From positions 5,642,001 through 5,706,000 of the forward strand of contig CATNEN010000011.1 of the NCBI GenBank assembly GCA_950097015.1: a DNA stretch of 64,000 nt. The letters are read 5' to 3'. Below are positions 1 through 12,000 of this stretch, in pieces; position 1 is the first letter of the stretch, and the number at the start of each line of letters is the position of its first letter. The translations under genes and the position numbers were made by a program. The notes below the pieces were generated by a model. It ran no database searches. It saw only the letters and a program-made list of their open reading frames with translations, and was not told the DNA's origin. This DNA comes from Macrostomum hystrix. Taxonomy: Eukaryota > Animalia > Platyhelminthes.

Positions 1-3000
1 CACTGCCAGAGCGGAACTAGCGTCTGCTTCACTAATTCCGAGGCTCTCCGGATTCTCTTCCAGAACCTTCTTCAAGGCTTCACTGCTGGCAGCGAGATCT
101 TCGGCCTGCTTTTCACTCAGCTTCTTGTCTTTGCCGTCGCCAGCGAGCCAAGACAGCGCCTTCAGTTTGCTGGCTGCCTGGCCGACCTCTTCCACAGCGG
201 CGTCCTTCTCTGCTTCACTCGGCGACTTGGACGACTCGGCTTCCTTCTTTTTCGTCTTGTCAGTCTTCTTCTTTTTCTTGGAGAGCTGAGCGAGCGCCTT
301 GCCGAGCTGCTTCTTTTCAGCGTCCGACAGAGCGTCCAACGGCTTGTCCTTGACGCTGTGTAGCAGCGCTGCAAGCACTGCCTTTTCCTCCTCGCTGAGT
401 CCACTGTCACCAGAAGCGAGCACGTCATCAATCGCATTCACTGCCTCACTGACCGCATTTCGCTCGGATTCAGTTAGTCCGGCAGCCTTGCTTCCGCGAC
501 GCTTCAGCACGTTCTCAGCCAGCTTTAATGCGTCTCGAGCGTTCTCATCTAGACCGGCCTTCTCTGCAGCACTCTTCTCTAATGGACCATCCGATGCCTT
601 TTGCAGTGCATCTCTCAGAGCGGCCTGCTCCACTGGAGTCAGTGCAACAGTCTTGCCACTCTGCTCGGCGTCCTCCACCTTCTTCATCGCCTGAGCCAAT
701 GCACCTGTCTCGTCAGCAGCAGCGTCTAGGGACTTCTGAAGGGCTTTAGCAATGCCCTTTGCCGTCTCGGCGTCGACCTGTCCGTCCGTCTTCGCCAGAT
801 CCGACAGCGCCTTCTTGCTTGCATCAGCCTGCTTCACCTGCTCTAGGCTCTCCTCGACGGCCTTGGCTACCTTGCCCAGAGCGTCTAGCTGCTCAGCCGT
901 CATCGTGTCGCCGGCCTTCTTGCTCTCCAGGGCGCTCAGCACTGCCAGAGCGGAACTAGCGTCTGCTTCACTAATTCCGAGGCTCTCCGGATTCTCTTCC
1001 AGAACCTTCTTCAAGGCTTCACTGCTGGCAGCGAGATCTTCGGCCTGCTTTTCACTCAGCTTCTTGTCTTTGCCGTCGCCAGCGAGCCAAGACAGCGCCT
1101 TCAGTTTGCTGGCTGCCTGGCCGACCTCTTCCACAGCGGCGTCCTTCTCTGCCTCACTCGGCGACTTGGACGACTCGGCTTCCTTCTTTTTCGTCTTGTC
1201 AGTCTTCTTCTTTTTCTTGGAGAGCTGAGCGAGCGCCTTGCCGAGCTGCTTCTTTTCAGCGTCCGACAGAGCGTCCAACGGCTTGTCCTTGACGCTGTGT
1301 AGCAGCGCTGCAAGCACTGCCTTTTCCTCCTCGCTGAGTCCACTGTCACCAGAAGCGAGCACGTCATCGATCGCATTCACTGCCTCACTGACCGCATTTC
1401 GCTCGGATTCAGTTAGTTCGGCAGCCTTGCTTCCGCGACGCTTCAGCACGTTCTCAGCCAGCTTTAATGCGTCTCGAGCGTTCTCATCTAGACCGGCCTT
1501 CTCTGCAGCACTCTTCTCTAATGGACCATCCGATGCCTTTTGCAGTGCATCTCTCAGAGCGGCCTGCTCCTCTGGAGTCAGTGCAACAGTCTTGCCACTC
1601 TGCTCGGCGTCCTCCACCTTCTTCATCGCCTGAGCCAATGCACCTGTCTCGTCAGCAGCAGCGTCTAGGGACTTCTGAAGGGCTTTAGCAATGCCCTTTG
1701 CCGTCTCGGCGTCGACCTGTCCGTCCGTCTTCGCCAGATCCGACAGCGCCTCCTTGCTTGCATCAGCCTGCTTCACCTGCTCTAGGCTCTCCTCGACGGC
1801 CTTGGCTACCTTGCCCAGAGCGTCTAGCTGCTCAGCCGTCATCGTGTCGCCGGCCTTCTTGCTCTCCAGGGCGCTCAGCACTGCCAGAGCGGAACTAGCG
1901 TCTGCTTCACTAATTCCGAGGCTCTCCGGATTCTCTTCCAGAACCTTCTTCAAGGCTTCACTGCTGGCAGCGAGATCTTCGGCCTGCTTTTCACTCAGCT
2001 TCTTGTCTTTGCCGTCGCCAGCGAGCCAAGACAGCGCCTTCAGTTTGCTGGCTGCCTGGCCGACCTCTTCCACAGCGGCGTCCTTCTCTGCCTCACTCGG
2101 CGACTTGGACGACTCGGCTTCCTTCTTTTTCGTCTTGTCAGTCTTCTTCTTTTTCTTGGAGAGCTGAGCGAGCGCCTTGCCGAGCTGCTTCTTTTCAGCG
2201 TCCGACAGAGCGTCCAACGGCTTGTCCTTGACGCTGTGTAGCAGCGCTGCAAGCACTGCCTTTTCCTCCTCGCTGAGTCCACTGTCACCAGAAGCGAGCA
2301 CGTCATCAATCGCATTCACTGCCTCACTGACCGCATTTCGCTCGGATTCAGTTAGTCCGGCAGCCTTGCTTCCGCGACGCTTCAGCACGTTCTCAGCCAG
2401 CTTTAATGCGTCTCGAGCGTTCTCATCTAGACCGGCCTTCTCTGCAGCACTCTTCTCTAATGGACCATCCGATGCCTTTTGCAGTGCATCTCTCAGAGCG
2501 GCCTGCTCCTCTGGAGTCAGTGCAACAGTCTTGCCACTCTGCTCGGCGTCCTCCACCTTCTTCATCGCCTGAGCCAATGCACCTGTCTCGTCAGCAGCAG
2601 CGTCTAGGGACTTCTGAAGGGCTTTAGCAATGCCCTTTGCCGTCTCGGCGTCGACCTGTCCGTCCGTCTTCGCCAGATCCGACAGCGCCTCCTTGCTTGC
2701 ATCAGCCTGCTTCACCTGCTCTAGGCTCTCCTCGACGGCCTTGGCTACCTTGCCCAGAGCGTCTAGCTGCTCAGCCGTCATCGTGTCGCCGGCCTTCTTG
2801 CTCTCCAGGGCGCTCAGCACTGCCAGAGCGGAACTAGCGTCTGCTTCACTAATTCCGAGGCTCTCCGGATTCTCTTCCAGAACCTTCTTCAAGGCTTCAC
2901 TGCTGGCAGCGAGATCTTCGGCCTGCTTTTCACTCAGCTTCTTGTCTTTGCCGTCGCCAGCGAGCCAAGACAGCGCCTTCAGTTTGCTGGCTGCCTGGCC

Positions 3001-6000
3001 GACCTCTTCCACAGCGGCGTCCTTCTCTGCCTCACTCGTCGACTTGGACGACTCGGCTTCCTTCTTTTTCGTCTTGTCAGTCTTCTTCTTTTTCTTGGAG
3101 AGCTGAGCGAGCGCCTTGCCGAGCTGCTTCTTTTCAGCGTCCGACAGAGCGTCCAACGGCTTGTCCTTGACGCTGTGTAGCAGCGCTGCAAGCACTGCCT
3201 TTTCCTCCTCGCTGAGTCCACTGTCACCAGAAGCGAGCACGTCATCGATCGCATTCACTGCCTCACTGACCGCATTTCGCTCGGATTCAGTTAGTTCGGC
3301 AGCCTTGCTTCCGCGACGCTTCAGCACGTTCTCAGCCAGCTTTAATGCGTCTCGAGCGTTCTCATCTAGACCGGCCTTCTCTGCAGCACTCTTCTCTAAT
3401 GGACCATCCGATGCCTTTTGCAGTGCATCTCTCAGAGCGGCCTGCTCCTCTGGAGTCAGTGCAACAGTCTTGCCACTCTGCTCGGCGTCCTCCACCTTCT
3501 TCATGGCCTGAGCCAATGCACCTGTCTCGTCAGCAGCAGCGTCTAGGGACTTCTGAAGGGCTTTAGCAATGCCCTTTGCCGTCTCGGCGTCGACCTGTCC
3601 GTCCGTCTTCGCCAGATCCGACAGCGCCTCCTTGCTTGCATCAGCCTGCTTCACCTGCTCTAGGCTCTCCTCGACGGCCTTGGCTACCTTGCCCAGAGCG
3701 TCTAGCTGCTCAGCCGTCATCGTGTCGCCGGCCTTCTTGCTCTCCAGGGCGCTCAGCACTGCCAGAGCGGAACTAGCGTCTGCTTCACTAATTCCGAGGC
3801 TCTCCGGATTCTCTTCCAGAACCTTCTTCAAGGCTTCACTGCTGGCAGCGAGATCTTCGGCCTGCTTTTCACTCAGCTTCTTGTCTTTGCCGTCGCCAGC
3901 GAGCCAAGACAGCGCCTTCAGTTTGCTGGCTGCCTGGCCGACCTCTTCCACAGCGGCGTCCTTCTCTGCTTCACTCGGCGACTTGGACGACTCGGCTTCC
4001 TTCTTTTTCGTCTTGTCAGTCTTCTTCTTTTTCTTGGAGAGCTGAGCGAGCGCCTTGCCGAGCTGCTTCTTTTCAGCGTCCGACAGAGCGTCCAACGGCT
4101 TGTCCTTGACGCTGTGTAGCAGCGCTGCAAGCACTGCCTTTTCCTCCTCGCTGAGTCCACTGTCACCAGAAGCGAGCACGTCATCAATCGCATTCACTGC
4201 CTCACTGACCGCATTTCGCTCGGATTCAGTTAGTCCGGCAGCCTTGCTTCCGCGACGCTTCAGCACGTTCTCAGCCAGCTTTAATGCGTCTCGAGCGTTC
4301 TCATCTAGACCGGCCTTCTCTGCAGCACTCTTCTCTAATGGACCATCCGATGCCTTTTGCAGTGCATCTCTCAGAGCGGCCTGCTCCACTGGAGTCAGTG
4401 CAACAGTCTTGCCACTCTGCTCGGCGTCCTCCACCTTCTTCATCGCCTGAGCCAATGCACCTGTCTCGTCAGCAGCAGCGTCTAGGGACTTCTGAAGGGC
4501 TTTAGCAATGCCCTTTGCCGTCTCGGCGTCGACCTGTCCGTCCGTCTTCGCCAGATCCGACAGCGCCTCCTTGCTTGCATCAGCCTGCTTCACCTGCTCT
4601 AGGCTCTCCTCGACGGCCTTGGCTACCTTGCCCAGAGCGTCTAGCTGCTCAGCCGTCATCGTGTCGCCGGCCTTCTTGCTCTCCAGGGCGCTCAGCACTG
4701 CCAGAGCGGAACTAGCGTCTGCTTCACTAATTCCGAGGCTCTCCGGATTCTCTTCCAGAACCTTCTTCAAGGCTTCACTGCTGGCAGCGAGATCTTCGGC
4801 CTGCTTTTCACTCAGCTTCTTGTCTTTGCCGTCGCCAGCGAGCCAAGACAGCGCCTTCAGTTTGCTGGCTGCCTGGCCGACCTCTTCCACAGCGGCGTCC
4901 TTCTCTGCCTCACTCGGCGACTTGGACGACTCGGCTTCCTTCTTTTTCGTCTTGTCAGTCTTCTTCTTTTTCTTGGAGAGCTGAGCGAGCGCCTTGCCGA
5001 GCTGCTTCTTTTCAGCGTCCGACAGAGCGTCCAACGGCTTGTCCTTGACGCTGTGTAGCAGCGCTGCAAGCACTGCCTTTTCCTCCTCGCTGAGTCCACT
5101 GTCACCAGAAGCGAGCACGTCATCGATCGCATTCACTGCCTCACTGACCGCATTTCGCTCGGATTCAGTTAGTTCGGCAGCCTTGCTTCCGCGACGCTTC
5201 AGCACGTTCTCAGCCAGCTTTAATGCGTCTCGAGCGTTCTCATCTAGACCGGCCTTCTCTGCAGCACTCTTCTCTAATGGACCATCCGATGCCTTTTGCA
5301 GTGCATCTCTCAGAGCGGCCTGCTCCTCTGGAGTCAGTGCAACAGTCTTGCCACTCTGCTCGGCGTCCTCCACCTTCTTCATCGCCTGAGCCAATGCACC
5401 TGTCTCGTCAGCAGCAGCGTCTAGGGACTTCTGAAGGGCTTTAGCAATGCCCTTTGCCGTCTCGGCGTCGACCTGTCCGTCCGTCTTCGCCAGATCCGAC
5501 AGCGCCTCCTTGCTTGCATCAGCCTGCTTCACCTGCTCTAGGCTCTCCTCGACGGCCTTGGCTACCTTGCCCAGAGCGTCTAGCTGCTCAGCCGTCATCG
5601 TGTCGCCGGCCTTCTTGCTCTCCAGGGCGCTCAGCACTGCCAGAGCGGAACTAGCGTCTGCTTCACTAATTCCGAGGCTCTCCGGATTCTCTTCCAGAAC
5701 CTTCTTCAAGGCTTCACTGCTGGCAGCGAGATCTTCGGCCTGCTTTTCACTCAGCTTCTTGTCTTTGCCGTCGCCAGCGAGCCAAGACAGCGCCTTCAGT
5801 TTGCTGGCTGCCTGGCCGACCTCTTCCACAGCGGCGTCCTTCTCTGCCTCACTCGGCGACTTGGACGACTCGGCTTCCTTCTTTTTCGTCTTGTCAGTCT
5901 TCTTCTTTTTCTTGGAGAGCTGAGCGAGCGCCTTGCCGAGCTGCTTCTTTTCAGCGTCCGACAGAGCGTCCAACGGCTTGTCCTTGACGCTGTGTAGCAG

Positions 6001-9000
6001 CGCTGCAAGCACTGCCTTTTCCTCCTCGCTGAGTCCACTGTCACCAGAAGCGAGCACGTCATCAATCGCATTCACTGCCTCACTGACCGCATTTCGCTCG
6101 GATTCAGTTAGTCCGGCAGCCTTGCTTCCGCGACGCTTCAGCACGTTCTCAGCCAGCTTTAATGCGTCTCGAGCGTTCTCATCTAGACCGGCCTTCTCTG
6201 CAGCACTCTTCTCTAATGGACCATCCGATGCCTTTTGCAGTGCATCTCTCAGAGCGGCCTGCTCCTCTGGAGTCAGTGCAACAGTCTTGCCACTCTGCTC
6301 GGCGTCCTCCACCTTCTTCATCGCCTGAGCCAATGCACCTGTCTCGTCAGCAGCAGCGTCTAGGGACTTCTGAAGGGCTTTAGCAATGCCCTTTGCCGTC
6401 TCGGCGTCGACCTGTCCGTCCGTCTTCGCCAGATCCGACAGCGCCTCCTTGCTTGCATCAGCCTGCTTCACCTGCTCTAGGCTCTCCTCGACGGCCTTGG
6501 CTACCTTGCCCAGAGCGTCTAGCTGCTCAGCCGTCATCGTGTCGCCGGCCTTCTTGCTCTCCAGGGCGCTCAGCACTGCCAGAGCGGAACTAGCGTCTGC
6601 TTCACTAATTCCGAGGCTCTCCGGATTCTCTTCCAGAACCTTCTTCAAGGCTTCACTGCTGGCAGCGAGATCTTCGGCCTGCTTTTCACTCAGCTTCTTG
6701 TCTTTGCCGTCGCCAGCGAGCCAAGACAGCGCCTTCAGTTTGCTGGCTGCCTGGCCGACCTCTTCCACAGCGGCGTCCTTCTCTGCCTCACTCGGCGACT
6801 TGGACGACTCGGCTTCCTTCTTTTTCGTCTTGTCAGTCTTCTTCTTTTTCTTGGAGAGCTGAGCGAGCGCCTTGCCGAGCTGCTTCTTTTCAGCGTCCGA
6901 CAGAGCGTCCAACGGCTTGTCCTTGACGCTGTGTAGCAGCGCTGCAAGCACTGCCTTTTCCTCCTCGCTGAGTCCACTGTCACCAGAAGCGAGCACGTCA
7001 TCGATCGCATTCACTGCCTCACTGACCGCATTTCGCTCGGATTCAGTTAGTTCGGCAGCCTTGCTTCCGCGACGCTTCAGCACGTTCTCAGCCAGCTTTA
7101 ATGCGTCTCGAGCGTTCTCATCTAGACCGGCCTTCTCTGCAGCACTCTTCTCTAATGGACCATCCGATGCCTTTTGCAGTGCATCTCTCAGAGCGGCCTG
7201 CTCCTCTGGAGTCAGTGCAACAGTCTTGCCACTCTGCTCGGCGTCCTCCACCTTCTTCATCGCCTGAGCCAATGCACCTGTCTCGTCAGCAGCAGCGTCT
7301 AGGGACTTCTGAAGGGCTTTAGCAATGCCCTTTGCCGTCTCGGCGTCGACCTGTCCGTCCGTCTTCGCCAGATCCGACAGCGCCTCCTTGCTTGCATCAG
7401 CCTGCTTCACCTGCTCTAGGCTCTCCTCGACGGCCTTGGCTACCTTGCCCAGAGCGTCTAGCTGCTCAGCCGTCATCGTGTCGCCGGCCTTCTTGCTCTC
7501 CAGGGCGCTCAGCACTGCCAGAGCGGAACTAGCGTCTGCTTCACTAATTCCGAGGCTCTCCGGATTCTCTTCCAGAACCTTCTTCAAGGCTTCACTGCTG
7601 GCAGCGAGATCTTCGGCCTGCTTTTCACTCAGCTTCTTGTCTTTGCCGTCGCCAGCGAGCCAAGACAGCGCCTTCAGTTTGCTGGCTGCCTGGCCGACCT
7701 CTTCCACAGCGGCGTCCTTCTCTGCCTCACTCGGCGACTTGGACGACTCGGCTTCCTTCTTTTTCGTCTTGTCAGTCTTCTTCTTTTTCTTGGAGAGCTG
7801 AGCGAGCGCCTTGCCGAGCTGCTTCTTTTCAGCGTCCGACAGAGCGTCCAACGGCTTGTCCTTGACGCTGTGTAGCAGCGCTGCAAGCACTGCCTTTTCC
7901 TCCTCGCTGAGTCCACTGTCACCAGAAGCGAGCACGTCATCAATCGCATTCACTGCCTCACTGACCGCATTTCGCTCGGATTCAGTTAGTCCGGCAGCCT
8001 TGCTTCCGCGACGCTTCAGCACGTTCTCAGCCAGCTTTAATGCGTCTCGAGCGTTCTCATCTAGACCGGCCTTCTCTGCAGCACTCTTCTCTAATGGACC
8101 ATCCGATGCCTTTTGCAGTGCATCTCTCAGAGCGGCCTGCTCCACTGGAGTCAGTGCAACAGTCTTGCCACTCTGCTCGGCGTCCTCCACCTTCTTCATC
8201 GCCTGAGCCAATGCACCTGTCTCGTCAGCAGCAGCGTCTAGGGACTTCTGAAGGGCTTTAGCAATGCCCTTTGCCGTCTCGGCGTCGACCTGTCCGTCCG
8301 TCTTCGCCAGATCCGACAGCGCCTCCTTGCTTGCATCAGCCTGCTTCACCTGCTCTAGGCTGTCCTTGACGGCTTGGGCCACCATGCCCAGAGCGTCTAG
8401 CTGCTCAGCCGTCATCGTGTCGCCGGCCTTCTTGCTCTCCAGGGCGCTCAGCACTGCCAGAGCGGAACTAGCGTCTGCTTCACTAATTCCGAGGCTCTCC
8501 GGATTCTCTTCCAGAACCTTCTTCAAGGCTTCACTGCTGGCAGCGAGATCTTCGGCCTGCTTTTCACTCAGCTTCTTGTCTTTGCCGTCGCCAGCGAGCC
8601 AAGACAGCGCCTTCAGTTTGCTGGCTGCCTGGCCGACCTCTTCCACAGCGGCGTCCTTCTCTGCCTCACTCGGCGACTTGGACGACTCGGCTTCCTTCTT
8701 TTTCGTCTTGTCAGTCTTCTTCTTTTTCTTGGAGAGCTGAGCGAGCGCCTTGCCGAGCTGCTTCTTTTCAGCGTCCGACAGAGCGTCCAACGGCTTGTCC
8801 TTGACGCTGTGTAGCAGCGCTGCAAGCACTGCCTTTTCCTCCTCGCTGAGTCCACTGTCACCAGAAGCGAGCACGTCATCGATCGCATTCACTGCCTCAC
8901 TGACCGCATTTCGCTCGGATTCAGTTAGTTCGGCAGCCTTGCTTCCGCGACGCTTCAGCACGTTCTCAGCCAGCTTTAATGCGTCTCGAGCGTTCTCATC

Positions 9001-12000
9001 TAGACCGGCCTTCTCTGCAGCACTCTTCTCTAATGGACCATCCGATGCCTTTTGCAGTGCATCTCTCAGAGCGGCCTGCTCCTCTGGAGTCAGTGCAACA
9101 GTCTTGCCACTCTGCTCGGCGTCCTCCACCTTCTTCATCGCCTGAGCCAATGCACCTGTCTCGTCAGCAGCAGCGTCTAGGGACTTCTGAAGGGCTTTAG
9201 CAATGCCCTTTGCCGTCTCGGCGTCGACCTGTCCGTCCGTCTTCGCCAGATCCGACAGCGCCTCCTTGCTTGCATCAGCCTGCTTCACCTGCTCTAGGCT
9301 GTCCTTGACGGCTTGGGCCACCATGCCCAGAGAGTCTAGCTGCTCAGCCGTCATCGTGTCGCCGGCCTTCTTGCTCTCCAGGGCGCTCAGCACTGCCAGA
9401 GCGGAACTAGCGTCTGCTTCACTAATTCCGAGGCTCTCCGGATTCTCTTCCAGAACCTTCTTCATGGCTTCACTGCTGGCAGCGAGATCTTCGGCCTGCT
9501 TTTCACTCAGCTTCTTGTCTTTGCCGTCGCCAGCGAGCCAAGACAGCGCCTTCAGTTTGCTGGCTGCCTGGCCGACCTCTTCCACAGCGGCGTCCTTCTC
9601 TGCCTCACTCGGCGACTTGGACGACTCGGCTTCCTTCTTTTTCGTCTTGTCAGTCTTTTTCGATTTCTTGGAGAGCTGAGCGAGCGCCTTGCCGAGCTGC
9701 TTCTTTTCAGCGTCCGACAGAGCGTCCAACGGCTTGTCCTTGACGCTGTGTAGCAGCGCTGCAAGCACTGCCTTTTCCTCCTCGCTGAGTCCACTGTCAC
9801 CAGAAGCGAGCACGTCATCGATCGCATTCACTGCCTCACTGACCGCATTTCGCTCGGATTCAGTTAGTTCGGCAGCCCTGCTTCCGCGACGCTTCAGCAC
9901 GTTCTCAGCCAGCTTTAATGCGTCTCGAGCGTTCTCATCTAGACCGGCCTTCTCTGCAGCACTCTTCTCTAATGGACCATCCGATGCCTTTTGCAGTGCA
10001 TCTCTCAGAGCGGCCTGCTCCACTGGAGTCAGTGCAACAGTCTTGCCACTCTGCTCGGCGTCCTCCACCTTCTTCATCGCCTGAGCCAATGCACCTGTCT
10101 CGTCAGCAGCAGCGTCTAGGGACTTCTGAAGGGCTTTAGCAATGCCCTTTGCCGTCTCGGCGTCGACCTGTCCGTCCGTCTTCGCCAGATCCGACAGCGC
10201 CTCCTTGCTTGCATCAGCCTGCTTCACCTGCTCTAGGCTGTCCTTGACGGCTTGGGCCACCATGCCCAGAGCGTCTAGCTGCTCAGCCGTCATCGTGTCG
10301 CCGGCCTTCTTGCTCTCCAGGGCGCTCAGCACTGCCAGAGCGGAACTAGCGTCTGCTTCACTAATTCCGAGGCTCTCCGGATTCTCTTCCAGAACCTTCT
10401 TCAAGGCTTCACTGCTGGCAGCGAGATCTTCGGCCTGCTTTTCACTCAGCTTCTTGTCTTTGCCGTCGCCAGCGAGCCAAGACAGCGCCTTCAGTTTGCT
10501 GGCTGCCTGGCCGACCTCTTCCACAGCGGCGTCCTTCTCTGCCTCACTCGGCGACTTGGACGACTCGGCTTCCTTCTTTTTCGTCTTGTCAGTCTTCTTC
10601 TTTTTCTTGGAGAGCTGAGCGAGCGCCTTGCCGAGCTGCTTCTTTTCAGCGTCCGACAGAGCGTCCAACGGCTTGTCCTTGACGCTGTGTAGCAGCGCTG
10701 CAAGCACTGCCTTTTCCTCCTCGCTGAGTCCACTGTCACCAGAAGCGAGCACGTCATCGATCGCATTCACTGCCTCACTGACCGCATTTCGCTCGGATTC
10801 AGTTAGTTCGGCAGCCTTGCTTCCGCGACGCTTCAGCACGTTCTCAGCCAGCTTTAATGCGTCTCGAGCGTTCTCATCTAGACCGGCCTTCTCTGCAGCA
10901 CTCTTCTCTAATGGACCATCCGATGCCTTTTGCAGTGCATCTCTCAGAGCGGCCTGCTCCTCTGGAGTCAGTGCAACAGTCTTGCCACTCTGCTCGGCGT
11001 CCTCCACCTTCTTCATGGCCTGAGCCAATGCACCTGTCTCGTCAGCAGCAGCGTCTAGGGACTTCTGAAGGGCTTTAGCAATGCCCTTTGCCGTCTCGGC
11101 GTCGACCTGTCCGTCCGTCTTCGCCAGATCCGACAGCGCCTCCTTGCTTGCATCAGCCTGCTTCACCTGCTCTAGGCTGTCCTTGACGGCTTGGGCCACC
11201 ATGCCCAGAGCGTCTAGCTGCTCAGCCGTCATCGTGTCGCCGGCCTTCTTGCTCTCCAGGGCGCTCAGCACTGCCAGAGCGGAACTAGCGTCTGCTTCAC
11301 TAATTCCGAGGCTCTCCGGATTCTCTTCCAGAACCTTCTTCAAGGCTTCACTGCTGGCAGCGAGATCTTCGGCCTGCTTTTCACTCAGCTTCTTGTCTTT
11401 GCCGTCGCCAGCGAGCCAAGACAGCGCCTTCAGTTTGCTGGCTGCCTGGCCGACCTCTTCCACAGCGGCGTCCTTCTCTGCCTCACTCGGCGACTTGGAC
11501 GACTCGGCTTCCTTCTTTTTCGTCTTGTCAGTCTTCTTCTTTTTCTTGGAGAGCTGAGCGAGCGCCTTGCCGAGCTGCTTCTTTTCAGCGTCCGACAGAG
11601 CATCCAACGGCTTGTCCTTGACGCTGTGTAGCAGCGCTGCAAGCACTGCCTTTTCCTCCTCGCTGAGTCCACTGTCACCAGAAGCGAGCACGTCATCGAT
11701 CGCATTCACTGCCTCACTGACCGCATTTCGCTCGGATTCAGTTAGTTCGGCAGCCTTGCTTCCGCGACGCTTCAGCACGTTCTCAGCCAGCTTTAATGCG
11801 TCTCGAGCGTTCTCATCTAGACCGGCCTTCTCTGCAGCACTCTTCTCTAATGGACCATCCGATGCCTTTTGCAGTGCATCTCTCAGAGCGGCCTGCTCCT
11901 CTGGAGTCAGTGCAACAGTCTTGCCACTCTGCTCGGCGTCCTCCACCTTCTTCATCGGCCTGAGCCAATGCACCTGTCTCGTCAGCAGCAGCGTCTAGGG

